Under the pieces are notes generated by a model. The model searched no databases, was not told where the DNA came from, and worked only from the letters and a program-made list of their open reading frames with translations. DNA of 49,486 bases, taken from positions 1 through 49,486 of the IMG/VR virus record IMGVR_UViG_3300045257_000116; one strand, written 5' to 3'. How positions within the stretch are numbered: the stretch's first letter is position 1; the number at the start of each line of letters is the position of its first letter. The translations under genes and the position numbers were made by a program. Shown piece by piece: positions 25,809 to 33,789 of the stretch. This DNA comes from a virus.

Positions 25809-26359
25809 TACTTACGCTTCCCCGCAGTGCGACGGCGCGCGACCGGCTCATGACCCGGCGTGGCAGCTTCGATAGTCTCGGTGTTGCCTTCTTCGCCCAA
25901 CTTGCCGATCTCGGTCGTTTCCATGATGACATTGTGCGGACGCGGCGAATCCGGCCCAAACTCCTGTGCCCGCTCATTCATCTTGTAATGCGTGGCGACG
26001 GCCAACTGCTTGCGCTTCAAGAACGCCTGATCGTTCATGAGTTCGTCGTTGCGCGCAATGATGGTGCGAACCTTCATCATATTGACGGGCGTATCGGTCG
26101 AGAAGACGGCGTGGATCAGATCCGTTTGGCGACGATCCAGATCGGCAACGTCGGTTGCGCCCTGCTGAAGCAGTTGCAGGATGATGCCGCTCACAGCGTC
26201 GATCGAACCCTCAAACAGTTTGATCTGTCCGCCGGCAGGACACGGCACGCTCACAAGGCGGAAGTTCGGCGGGGTCGGGCTATTCGGATCGGCAAACCCA
26301 GCGCGATAGGCATAGACAGTGTTTTGTTTGGTCGAATTCGCGACATATAGGACGGTCAA
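25808..26359 (-). CDS. Hypothetical protein after the capsid gene
   Basis: 183-aa ORF, the first gene after the capsid-gene terminator. Confidence 0.55.
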   Translation of the reverse strand: MTVLYVANSTKQNTVYAYRAGFADPNSPTPPNFRLVSVPCPAGGQIKLFEGSIDAVSGIILQLLQQGATDVADLDRRQTDLIHAVFSTDTPVNMMKVRTIIARNDELMNDQAFLKRKQLAVATHYKMNERAQEFGPDSPRPHNVIMETTEIGKLGEEGNTETIEAATPGHEPVARRRTAGKRK

Positions 26360-26373
26360 TGTTTCTCTCCCGG

Positions 26374-26413
26374 TTAAAAGAAAAGGGCCGGGACATTCAT
26401 CCCGGCCCTTTTT
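26374..26413 (-). terminator. Intrinsic terminator/attenuator after the major capsid gene
   Basis: Minus-strand RNA GGGCCGGGA-UGAAUG-UCCCGGCCC (9-bp GC stem) followed by UUUUCUUUU. Confidence 0.7.
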
Positions 26414-26440
26414 GAACCATAACCGATCAATCTCGGGCTG

Positions 26441-27472
26441 TCATGCGTAGGCTACCGAAAGCTTGATCGTACTTTCCGGCCGGATATCCCAACCCGGCGT
26501 GGTGCGCATTTCGGCAACGACATCGGTGCCGCCGTGGGCGATCGGGGAAATGATCTGCCGCGGCGAAGGCATGTCGCACAGCATTTTGGTATTCGACCGC
26601 ATATTCGGCTGGAAACCGGCGAACTTGTTCGTATCGATCTGATCAACATGCGGCGTGTCGATCTCGGGAATGATGATCATGATCGCGTCGCTGTTGGACG
26701 TGCCGCCCGTGCCCTGGCCCTGCAGCGTGTCGTCATAGGTCCATTCGAGAACGTCCTGATTGGTCTTCAGGATTTCCTCGAACGTGCCTTTGGTGGACAT
26801 CGAGCCGGCACCCTCGCGCTGCATCTGCACGAGCTGGACGATATTGTACTCGAACGGCCCGAGCGAGCGCTGCGGTCCGCACACGACGACGCGACAACCC
26901 TTGCCCATCTGGTTCATGCGGGTCTTCAGCGTCTGGATCAACTGCGCCAGGTAGAAGGCCATAAAGCCGTTATCGATCGTCAGGATGGTGTTGTTGCCGT
27001 ACTGATCGGCCGGCAGAGTGACGGCGGTGATGCCCACGGCATTGACCAGACCCTCGCCATTGCCGGGACTGAAGCCATAGAGCAGGCCGTTGCGCATCTG
27101 CTGGAACGTCGCCTGTTCGTGGCCGAGTTCCAACGCCTGCGGAAGCCCGAAGCCCCATGTGCCGGCGGCGGCGCTGTCATGATGATCGTACTGGCCGTTC
27201 AACCGGATCATGTAGGTCGGGACGCTGATCATCTTGTTGGTCAGCGAAATCGACTGCATCTGATTGCCGGCGGACTGGCTCACGGTTTCCTTGGTGCGGA
27301 TGTCCATGACCTTGGCGTACACGACCAGGTCGGTGGTTCCGATCCGCACTTCCGGGTTGCCGTCATCGAGCAGCGAGAACGCGCCCGATGCCTGCGAGAT
27401 CGGCATCACGAAATCGGGGATCGTGTATGAGGGATGAACCAGTTCGTAGGCGGGAGCGATCAAACCGACCAT
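26441..27472 (-). CDS. Major capsid protein (by position, size and terminator)
   Basis: 343 aa, downstream of the scaffold-like gene and followed by a strong terminator. No fold motif verified. Confidence 0.55.
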   Translation of the reverse strand: MVGLIAPAYELVHPSYTIPDFVMPISQASGAFSLLDDGNPEVRIGTTDLVVYAKVMDIRTKETVSQSAGNQMQSISLTNKMISVPTYMIRLNGQYDHHDSAAAGTWGFGLPQALELGHEQATFQQMRNGLLYGFSPGNGEGLVNAVGITAVTLPADQYGNNTILTIDNGFMAFYLAQLIQTLKTRMNQMGKGCRVVVCGPQRSLGPFEYNIVQLVQMQREGAGSMSTKGTFEEILKTNQDVLEWTYDDTLQGQGTGGTSNSDAIMIIIPEIDTPHVDQIDTNKFAGFQPNMRSNTKMLCDMPSPRQIISPIAHGGTDVVAEMRTTPGWDIRPESTIKLSVAYA

Positions 27473-27484
27473 GCTGAAATATCC

Positions 27485-28372
27485 TTAATTGAGCAGGAAG
27501 ACGGCGACCGCGCCGGTATTCACGTAGTTCACAGCGCCGGTTGTGGCGTTGTAGGCGATGGTCTTGTTACCCGCCGCCTGCGTCTGCAGAACCATGCCGG
27601 GAACCTGACCGCCGCCGGCTACGACAATGCCGCCGCTGGAATAGGTGCCGGGCGAACCCGCTCGGGCATTCGTGGTCACGATGGTCGTGCTGTTGATGCT
27701 GACCACGGTTTGCTGACCGTTATAGCCCGTGCCGTCGCCTCCGGTGGAAACGATGCCCGAAACCTCGATCACGTCACCCGCGTTGATGAAGCTCGTGAGG
27801 TCGGTGCCAACGGTATAGGTGTTCTGCCCGCCGCTGGTGCTGGCCCATGTCGCGCCGGTAATCGTGGTCTGCGGATATGCCGCCGAGAACGGAACCAACT
27901 GCTGCGCGCCGAAGTCCCAGGATGCAGCCTGCGAAACCGGCGAGCCGTCATAGTTCACGAGGCCGGGCGAGCAGGGAAGGATGATACGCGCGCCGCAGCG
28001 GAACCGGTAATAACCGACGACACCGCCGGGACCGATCGATGGCGCGGTTGACTGCGGCGTGGTCAGCCATGCGTACATCTGGTCCGAGGTCGAGAAGCCG
28101 GTCAGCGCGCCGGTCGCGCCGGTTGTGGAAATCGTGGTCGCTCGGGTGATGGTCCCGCCGAGAGAGCCGTCCGTGGTCGAGAGCGGGATGCTTTCGCTGA
28201 TCCCGACACCGCCCCACATCGGGAGGGTTTCATTTGCGCCGAGGACGCCGGTTGCCAAGCTGAAGCGGGCGACCGGATCACCGATTGCCATGCCCGCAAC
28301 GAACCCGTCCGAGGTCGTATAGAACTGCCCTGCTGCGTTCGTGGTCGCATAGGGATTGAGCGGAGCAACCAT
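27485..28372 (-). CDS. Capsid accessory / decoration-like protein
   Basis: 295 aa, between the scaffold-like and capsid genes. It carries the shared YNG module (see findings). Confidence 0.4.
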   Translation of the reverse strand: MVAPLNPYATTNAAGQFYTTSDGFVAGMAIGDPVARFSLATGVLGANETLPMWGGVGISESIPLSTTDGSLGGTITRATTISTTGATGALTGFSTSDQMYAWLTTPQSTAPSIGPGGVVGYYRFRCGARIILPCSPGLVNYDGSPVSQAASWDFGAQQLVPFSAAYPQTTITGATWASTSGGQNTYTVGTDLTSFINAGDVIEVSGIVSTGGDGTGYNGQQTVVSINSTTIVTTNARAGSPGTYSSGGIVVAGGGQVPGMVLQTQAAGNKTIAYNATTGAVNYVNTGAVAVFLLN

Positions 28373-28375
28373 GGA

Positions 28376-30595
28376 TCAAAACCCCCGAGCGACTTGTGAA
28401 GGATGCTTCAGCACCGCAGCCTTGCTATGCGCGCGGAACTTGTTGAGAAAGCTCCCGATATGCCCGACAGGCGTGCGGATCGTGTGGCCGGCGGGCGTGC
28501 GCGTTTCGCGGTAACGAATGCCGGAAGTCTGCGCGGCCGGCGAGTTGGCGAACAGGATCGCGTCGGCATAGACGGTTTCGGCAACGGCCTTGAGGGTCTT
28601 CGCATCGAAGGCCGACAGGTCCGCATCCTTGAAGGTACGCGAATGCTCGATGATGCCCTTGAGGGTACGGCGACGATAGGCCATCGGGCTTTCACCAGCG
28701 GCGGGACGGGGCGCGGACTGACCGAGGGTCGAATAGACCGTATCGGCCTTGGTCTGCGCGTCGGCCATCTCGGCGGCGTCTTCGTCGGTCAGGTTGGCGG
28801 GAATTTTGCCTTCCATTTCGTCCAGGCGATCTTTCAGCGCCTGAGCATCGGCTTTGGCGGCGGCGTCCGCCTTTTCCTTTTCCTCTTTTTCCTCGGCGTC
28901 TTTCTTGTCCTTGGCTTCTTTCTCTTCGCGCGCCTTCTTGTCCTCTTCGGACTCGGCGGCATCGCGGCGATCTTTCAGCGATCCCTCGACCGCATCCAGG
29001 CGATCACAGATCGCGTCGAGCTTGTCGAATTTGTCGAGTGCGGCGTCGAGGCGATCAGCGCGGGCTTTCTCCGCGTCAGCTTTGGCCTTCAACTCTTCTT
29101 CGGTCATCGTCAAAGCCTCATTCTCAATGTTCGCCGAAACAATACCGACAGCCGGTCCGCCTTTATCCCAGACCCCGCGATCACATATCGCTACATGGTC
29201 TAGTAGTAGAGGCTTCCCTTCTATCAATAGCTTGGAACCATCGTCAAGGTGAATAAAATCAGTCGCGTTGGAAACAGTGACCAGCGGCGACGTGGAAAGC
29301 TGATCGGTGTGAAGCAGTTCGATGGTACTTTCGTCAAACAATTTGGCGATTGCCCAGACTTCCTCGCCCTTGATATAGGGCACAAAGACTGACCCAACAT
29401 TTTGCTCCGCGTATTCCTCGGATGTCAGCGCGCCCTTTGAATGCTCAAACAAAACGGGCAAGCCGCTGCACCGCGCGAGAAAATCGTCGGTCAGATAATG
29501 CGCCGGATCGCGCCAGCACCATTCATCGATCTTCCCGCCGCGATAGGCGGCGCGTGTGCCTGTGATGCGGATATCGAACAGCGCGACATTGCGATAAAAC
29601 TGCGGGCTGGTCAGATCGCCGGCCGCCATCAGCCGCGCGATGTCGAGTTCGTTCGCATCGAGCATTTTGAGCGCGACTGCGACGCCGGGATGCAGCGGCT
29701 CGGGTGGCTCAGATGCCAATGCCCATGCATGGCCGGTGTGTTCGCCCGAAACGACAGGCTCAAACTGCTCATCGATCGGTTGCAGATATGTCGTGAAATC
29801 GACACTGACATCGGGATCGGTCGAGCCGAGGAATGGGCCATTGCGCCGGCACAGAACCGAGCGCTCGCCATCGGGCAGAAAGCCGACTTCCTCAATCGTC
29901 TCGCGGGTCGCAGTTTCTTCGAGAGTTTCGCCGTTCTCGGCATGACCGCCAGGCAGGCACCAAAAGCCGGGGAAGTCGCCTCCATCGCCGCGCTTAAGGA
30001 AAAGCACATGCTCGGTTGGCGTCTTGAAAAGAATTCCAGCGGCGCGGGTCGGGTCCATCCTTTGACCATCTAGCACATAAGGCGCACCCGTTGGCAGCGA
30101 ATCCGCACGTTCACTGAATGTGTCGGCGCGAACTCTATCGATATCGACGCCTATTGCAGCGGCTTCTTTTATGAATTGTTCAATTTTTTCGTCTGCTAAT
30201 TCGTCTGGATCATTTGGAGAAAGCATGATCTGCTTTGTTCTCCACGGCGCAGATCCAGCAGAATGGTCGGAAACTCGAAATTCTGTCTGAATAAATCTAC
30301 GTTTCGGAGGCTCCCCCCGTTTTGTGCCCTTGGCCGCATCCCATTGTGTTTTGCGCGCGCTTAGAGATTGATCGCTTTCCGTGGCATATAGCTTGATGTA
30401 TGAACTCTCGCCCACTAATGTCTTCGAGTGATCAACCTGGATGGCAGCTGCGGGAATTTTGCTTCTGATTTTTGAAGCTAGAGACTTTGCTGTTTCAGGA
30501 ACTGACTTCGCCCCGCCGCCAGAGCCAAATTTTCCATCAGCATCACGGGGATGGTCGGATTCGCGAAACTCGTCGGTTGCGGTGAATTCAGGCAT
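28376..30595 (-). CDS. Nudix hydrolase - scaffold/prohead-protease-like fusion protein
   Basis: 739-aa single ORF. The Nudix box GGHAENGETLEETATRETIEEVGF is at aa 216-239 (nt 29879..29950). There is a globular block at aa 335-480 and a charged coiled-coil at aa 495-600 (EEELKAKADAEKARADRLD...EEKEEKEKADAAAKADAQALKDRLDEMEG). The N-terminus has a DHPRDADGKFG motif. Confidence 0.7.
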   Translation of the reverse strand: MPEFTATDEFRESDHPRDADGKFGSGGGAKSVPETAKSLASKIRSKIPAAAIQVDHSKTLVGESSYIKLYATESDQSLSARKTQWDAAKGTKRGEPPKRRFIQTEFRVSDHSAGSAPWRTKQIMLSPNDPDELADEKIEQFIKEAAAIGVDIDRVRADTFSERADSLPTGAPYVLDGQRMDPTRAAGILFKTPTEHVLFLKRGDGGDFPGFWCLPGGHAENGETLEETATRETIEEVGFLPDGERSVLCRRNGPFLGSTDPDVSVDFTTYLQPIDEQFEPVVSGEHTGHAWALASEPPEPLHPGVAVALKMLDANELDIARLMAAGDLTSPQFYRNVALFDIRITGTRAAYRGGKIDEWCWRDPAHYLTDDFLARCSGLPVLFEHSKGALTSEEYAEQNVGSVFVPYIKGEEVWAIAKLFDESTIELLHTDQLSTSPLVTVSNATDFIHLDDGSKLLIEGKPLLLDHVAICDRGVWDKGGPAVGIVSANIENEALTMTEEELKAKADAEKARADRLDAALDKFDKLDAICDRLDAVEGSLKDRRDAAESEEDKKAREEKEAKDKKDAEEKEEKEKADAAAKADAQALKDRLDEMEGKIPANLTDEDAAEMADAQTKADTVYSTLGQSAPRPAAGESPMAYRRRTLKGIIEHSRTFKDADLSAFDAKTLKAVAETVYADAILFANSPAAQTSGIRYRETRTPAGHTIRTPVGHIGSFLNKFRAHSKAAVLKHPSQVARGF

Positions 30596-30636
30596 CTGCC
30601 TGCTATATCACATCGCGCAGAACGGGGAAGGGCGGA

Positions 30637-30669
30637 AAGTGAAAAGGCCCGGCATACAACGCCGGGCCT
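30637..30669 (-). terminator. Intrinsic terminator after the dipeptide-repeat gene
   Basis: Minus-strand RNA GGCCCGGC-GUUGUAU-GCCGGGCC followed by UUUUCACUUU. Confidence 0.6.
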
Positions 30670-30695
30670 TTGTGTGGATGGGATGCGACCGATTA

Positions 30696-30980
30696 TTAGC
30701 CGTAGCCGGAGCCGTAGCCGTAGCCGGAGCCGGAGCCGTAGCCGGAGCCGGAGCCGTCGCCGTAGCCGGAGCCGTCGCCGTAGCCGTAGCCGTCGCCGTA
30801 GCCGGAGCCGGAGCCGTAGCCGGAGCCGGAGCCGTAGCCGTAGCCGGAGCCGTCGCCGTAGCCGGAGCCGGAGCCGGAGCCGTAGCCGTAGCCGGAGCCG
30901 TCGCCGTAGCCGGAGCCGTCGCCGTAGCCGGAGCCGTCGCCGTCCAGATCGCTCCGCTCACCTAAGAGCATCTTCGCCAT
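30696..30980 (-). CDS. (Tyr/Ser/Asp)-Gly dipeptide-repeat protein
   Basis: 94 aa: MAKMLLGERSDL followed by 41 X-Gly dipeptides (X = 16 Tyr, 17 Ser, 8 Asp). The ATG is 1 nt after the upstream stop (TAATATG), and the gene ends in a double stop TAATAA followed by a terminator. Confidence 0.6.
   Translation of the reverse strand: MAKMLLGERSDLDGDGSGYGDGSGYGDGSGYGYGSGSGSGYGDGSGYGYGSGSGYGSGSGYGDGYGYGDGSGYGDGSGSGYGSGSGYGYGSGYG
30699..30944. repeat. 246-nt hexanucleotide-periodic tandem repeat
   Basis: The plus strand is built only from gccgta, gccgga and gccgtc units. All six frames are open, which is why several ORF-track entries overlap here. Confidence 0.95.
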
Positions 30981-30981
30981 A

Positions 30982-31359
30982 TTACCGCCCCTGCACTTTC
31001 GCCGCGATCCATGCCGTTTCGGCCGTGGGATCGACGGAGAATATCGCGGTCACGCCTTCGAGTGTGAGTGTCGAGAGCGTGGCGGAAATCTTGCAATCCT
31101 TGGTCGGGCCTTTTTCGCCCAGACCGAAGACGCCGCCGACATCAGCGGACCAGTAAAGACACATGCGCGCCTCGGTCAGACTGATGGGCCGAGCCGCGAT
31201 ATCGGTCGTATAGCCGAAAACGACGCCACGCTTGTCGGTGCAGACGACGACGGGGATTTTACCATGCGTCGTTTGAGCGACTTCCGGCGTCGAAGCGGTC
31301 GGGCAGAAAAGCGCGGCCAACTTCTTGGCCTCGCCGATGGTGAGAGAATCGATATCCAT
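30982..31359 (-). CDS. Hypothetical protein (head module)
   Basis: 125-aa ORF. GGAGGAAG lies upstream of the ATG at 31359. Confidence 0.6.
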   Translation of the reverse strand: MDIDSLTIGEAKKLAALFCPTASTPEVAQTTHGKIPVVVCTDKRGVVFGYTTDIAARPISLTEARMCLYWSADVGGVFGLGEKGPTKDCKISATLSTLTLEGVTAIFSVDPTAETAWIAAKVQGR

Positions 31360-31420
31360 GAGGCTTCCTCCGTGGGTTGAGACTAGGAACGGGGATAGGA
31401 CTAGACCACAAAATATATTC

Positions 31421-31456
31421 CGTCAACGCATATTATTTTAACGGGGTGTGTTGACG
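31421..31456 (-). promoter_or_regulatory. Intergenic hairpin in an AT-rich spacer (weak terminator and/or internal promoter)
   Basis: CGTCAAC (31421..31427) pairs with GTTGACG (31450..31456). On the minus strand the hairpin is followed by AUAUAUUUUGUGG, and TTGACG could also serve as a -35. Confidence 0.3.
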
Positions 31457-31466
31457 CCACGGCATT

Positions 31467-32309
31467 TCATGTAGCCACCATCGCCGCCCGTGCCGCAATA
31501 AGAGATTGCCGCCCTTTTTCGGTCAGCATGTCGTTCGGCAACCGGCGAAGATTGTAAACCCATTCGTACGAGCAGCCGCAGTAGACCAGTTCGCCCGGCC
31601 GCTCGACATCATCGGTAAAGCCGTCCGGTCCCGGCTTTACGAGCCCTTTTGCGTGCGCCCAGCTATGGCGGACCAGAAGGATATGTCCATCGCGCGCCTC
31701 ATGCGGCTTGCGCGGATAGCGCTTGTAGTGGTGCCGCCATATCCCCGCGATGGCGTTCTGATCCATGGCGATGATGTGCGACAGATCGGCCGCGAACTTC
31801 TGTCCCTGGTCAATCGCGACGCGCCTCTCTTCGAACGGCAACGACACCAGCGCCTTGCGGATATCGCTCTTGACCGGGCTCTTCGCGATCACATCGGAAC
31901 CGCCAGGCGGAACAGACGTTGCCCAGCCGGCGAACCGCTGCAGCGTCTTTTCGATAGCGCTCGTACGGTTCAGTTTGATCAATCCCGCGCTCGCCATGAT
32001 ACGCCGGTCGAGTTCGGCGCGCAGTCTCGGGCGCAACTGGTCAATCGCGAATCGCGGAATGCCTTCGTGGTATTTGAGGATCGCGCCCTTGTCGATCATC
32101 CGGGCATAGATGCGACCGAACGTCGATTTGAGCGCGTCTTCGAGAACGTGCGGCGGGGTGAGCGAGCGCATTGCAGCCTCGCGGATCACGCGCATCCATT
32201 CTGCGATTTGGTCGGGGCTGGTGTAGCCACGCTGGCTAATATCCGCGACGGCTTCGGTGACGGTTTGGGCAAACGTCTTCACTCGGCGGCGATCTCTTCT
32301 GGATGCCAT
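31467..32309 (-). CDS. Head morphogenesis protein (MuF / SPP1 gp7-like)
   Basis: 280 aa, immediately after the portal gene, with a C-terminal YCGCSYEW (CxC) block as in F-like proteins. An alternative GTG start at 32282 gives a GTGA overlap with the portal stop. Confidence 0.5.
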   Translation of the reverse strand: MASRRDRRRVKTFAQTVTEAVADISQRGYTSPDQIAEWMRVIREAAMRSLTPPHVLEDALKSTFGRIYARMIDKGAILKYHEGIPRFAIDQLRPRLRAELDRRIMASAGLIKLNRTSAIEKTLQRFAGWATSVPPGGSDVIAKSPVKSDIRKALVSLPFEERRVAIDQGQKFAADLSHIIAMDQNAIAGIWRHHYKRYPRKPHEARDGHILLVRHSWAHAKGLVKPGPDGFTDDVERPGELVYCGCSYEWVYNLRRLPNDMLTEKGRQSLIAARAAMVAT

Positions 32310-33787
32310 TTGGCGGCCAATCGGCGGCCAGCACTGTCGGCGCGGAACGGCTTAGGCGGTGAGGGCTCTTTCGCGCCTTCATCGTCACCCGCGCCCATCT
32401 GCGCCATGCGGTCATTTTGTTCGGTCAGGAATTCTTCGAGCGCATCGGCGTCAATCTCGAACTGCGTCGGGAACAGAAGCTTGAGCGCGTTGAAATTGTC
32501 CAACGCGGCTTGAATGAGCATGGTTTTCGAGGTCGGATCGACGGCAGGAATCAGCACCTCGAGCAATGCGATAATCGCCTCAAGGCGGACTTTTTCGGCG
32601 TCGGCTTCCTCGGCGACAGATGGTTTGAGCAAGTTGGGCCACTCGGCGACGAACGAATTCTGCCAGCTCGTGAAGGCTTGCTCATAGGACATCTTGCCAT
32701 AGACATCGGGATATAGGTTCTTCATCCGATCGAAGAATTCTTTATCCCAGGCGCGATATTGCGCGATCCGGTCCATGTAGGCGTAGGTCGGGTTCATGTC
32801 CTTGCGGATGCCGTCGATCCACCGGGCGATATCCTTGGCGTCTTCCGTACCCTCGCCAAACCCCTCCGCGAACGTCTCGGAATTCAGCACCTTGGCGGGC
32901 ATCGGTGCGCCGGTCGCGATGTTGTCGAGGATGTTCTTCCGCGCCGTGGTCATGGCGTTATCGGTGTTTTGCATGTTCAGCGTCTCGACGCGATCCTTTT
33001 CGCCGATCGTCAGGACGTTGCCGGTTTTGCCGATCCGCAGCATCGCGCGCTTGACCGCCGACGCCGCGCCCATGATGCCGCTGATGATCGAGCCGGCCTG
33101 TTGCATCGCGACCACGAGCAACCCGGCCTTCGTCGTCACCATGTCATCGGTGTACATCGACTGAACGAACGATTTCAGCGGGAACAGGATGCTTTGGTAG
33201 GCAGATCGGCCCACGTAGCCATATGCCGACGATGTGTAGGCGAGATAGATCGGCTTGCCGTTGAAGACGACACAGCATCGGCTGGCGTGATAGACCGTCC
33301 CGCTCGCGGTCAGACTGCCGAGCTTTTTCAGGAAGTCGGGCGAATTCGGGTTGAGGTCGAGAACAAGTGACCCCGCGACATTGAGCGGGTCGAACACGTT
33401 GAAATAGATATCGCCTTCAGCAAGCTTGCTGATGTCGAGCGGCTTGGCGGTCTTCTTCGGGTCCTGGCCGCAGATAATGGCGGATGCGCCGTAGACGCGG
33501 GCCAGCGTGTGGGCGTTACGGATGATCTCGTCTGCGCCGATCTGGTGCCACGCGGCAAGGAATGCGTCTTTGCAGTGATCGCCGGGTGAGTTCGCGACGC
33601 TGATTTCGCGCGCCTGAGACTGCGCCATCTGGATCGGCCAGCCTGCGATCTTGTCGCCCAGAACGTGGAAAATCCAGATTTCTTTGCATGTCTGATAGCT
33701 GGCGTCGCTGCCCGGCTCGATGCTGTCGCACATGAGCAGGTTTTGCAGCGGCGTTCCAAGGTTCGAGCCGAAAGAGATTTCAGCCAT
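32279..33787 (-). CDS. Portal protein
   Basis: 502 aa, directly downstream of the large terminase (2-nt gap). The C-terminus is acidic. Confidence 0.65.
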   Translation of the reverse strand: MAEISFGSNLGTPLQNLLMCDSIEPGSDASYQTCKEIWIFHVLGDKIAGWPIQMAQSQAREISVANSPGDHCKDAFLAAWHQIGADEIIRNAHTLARVYGASAIICGQDPKKTAKPLDISKLAEGDIYFNVFDPLNVAGSLVLDLNPNSPDFLKKLGSLTASGTVYHASRCCVVFNGKPIYLAYTSSAYGYVGRSAYQSILFPLKSFVQSMYTDDMVTTKAGLLVVAMQQAGSIISGIMGAASAVKRAMLRIGKTGNVLTIGEKDRVETLNMQNTDNAMTTARKNILDNIATGAPMPAKVLNSETFAEGFGEGTEDAKDIARWIDGIRKDMNPTYAYMDRIAQYRAWDKEFFDRMKNLYPDVYGKMSYEQAFTSWQNSFVAEWPNLLKPSVAEEADAEKVRLEAIIALLEVLIPAVDPTSKTMLIQAALDNFNALKLLFPTQFEIDADALEEFLTEQNDRMAQMGAGDDEGAKEPSPPKPFRADSAGRRLAAKWHPEEIAAE

Positions 33788-33789
33788 CG

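Noticed and set aside
30699-30944. Possible CRISPR array or noncoding VNTR, suggested by the dense short repeats.
   Set aside because: The period is 6 nt with no unique spacers and no leader, and the tract lies wholly inside a well-delimited ORF. The same applies to the triplet repeat at 36661..36782.
30441-31156. Long ORFs in other frames across the hexamer repeat: RSRS… (30551..31156 +), AVAGAG… (30441..30965 +) and ATAPAT… (30608..30961 -).
   Set aside because: They are by-products of a period-6 repeat in which every frame is open. Only the minus-strand 30696..30980 frame has a start 1 nt after the upstream stop, a double stop, and a terminator directly downstream.
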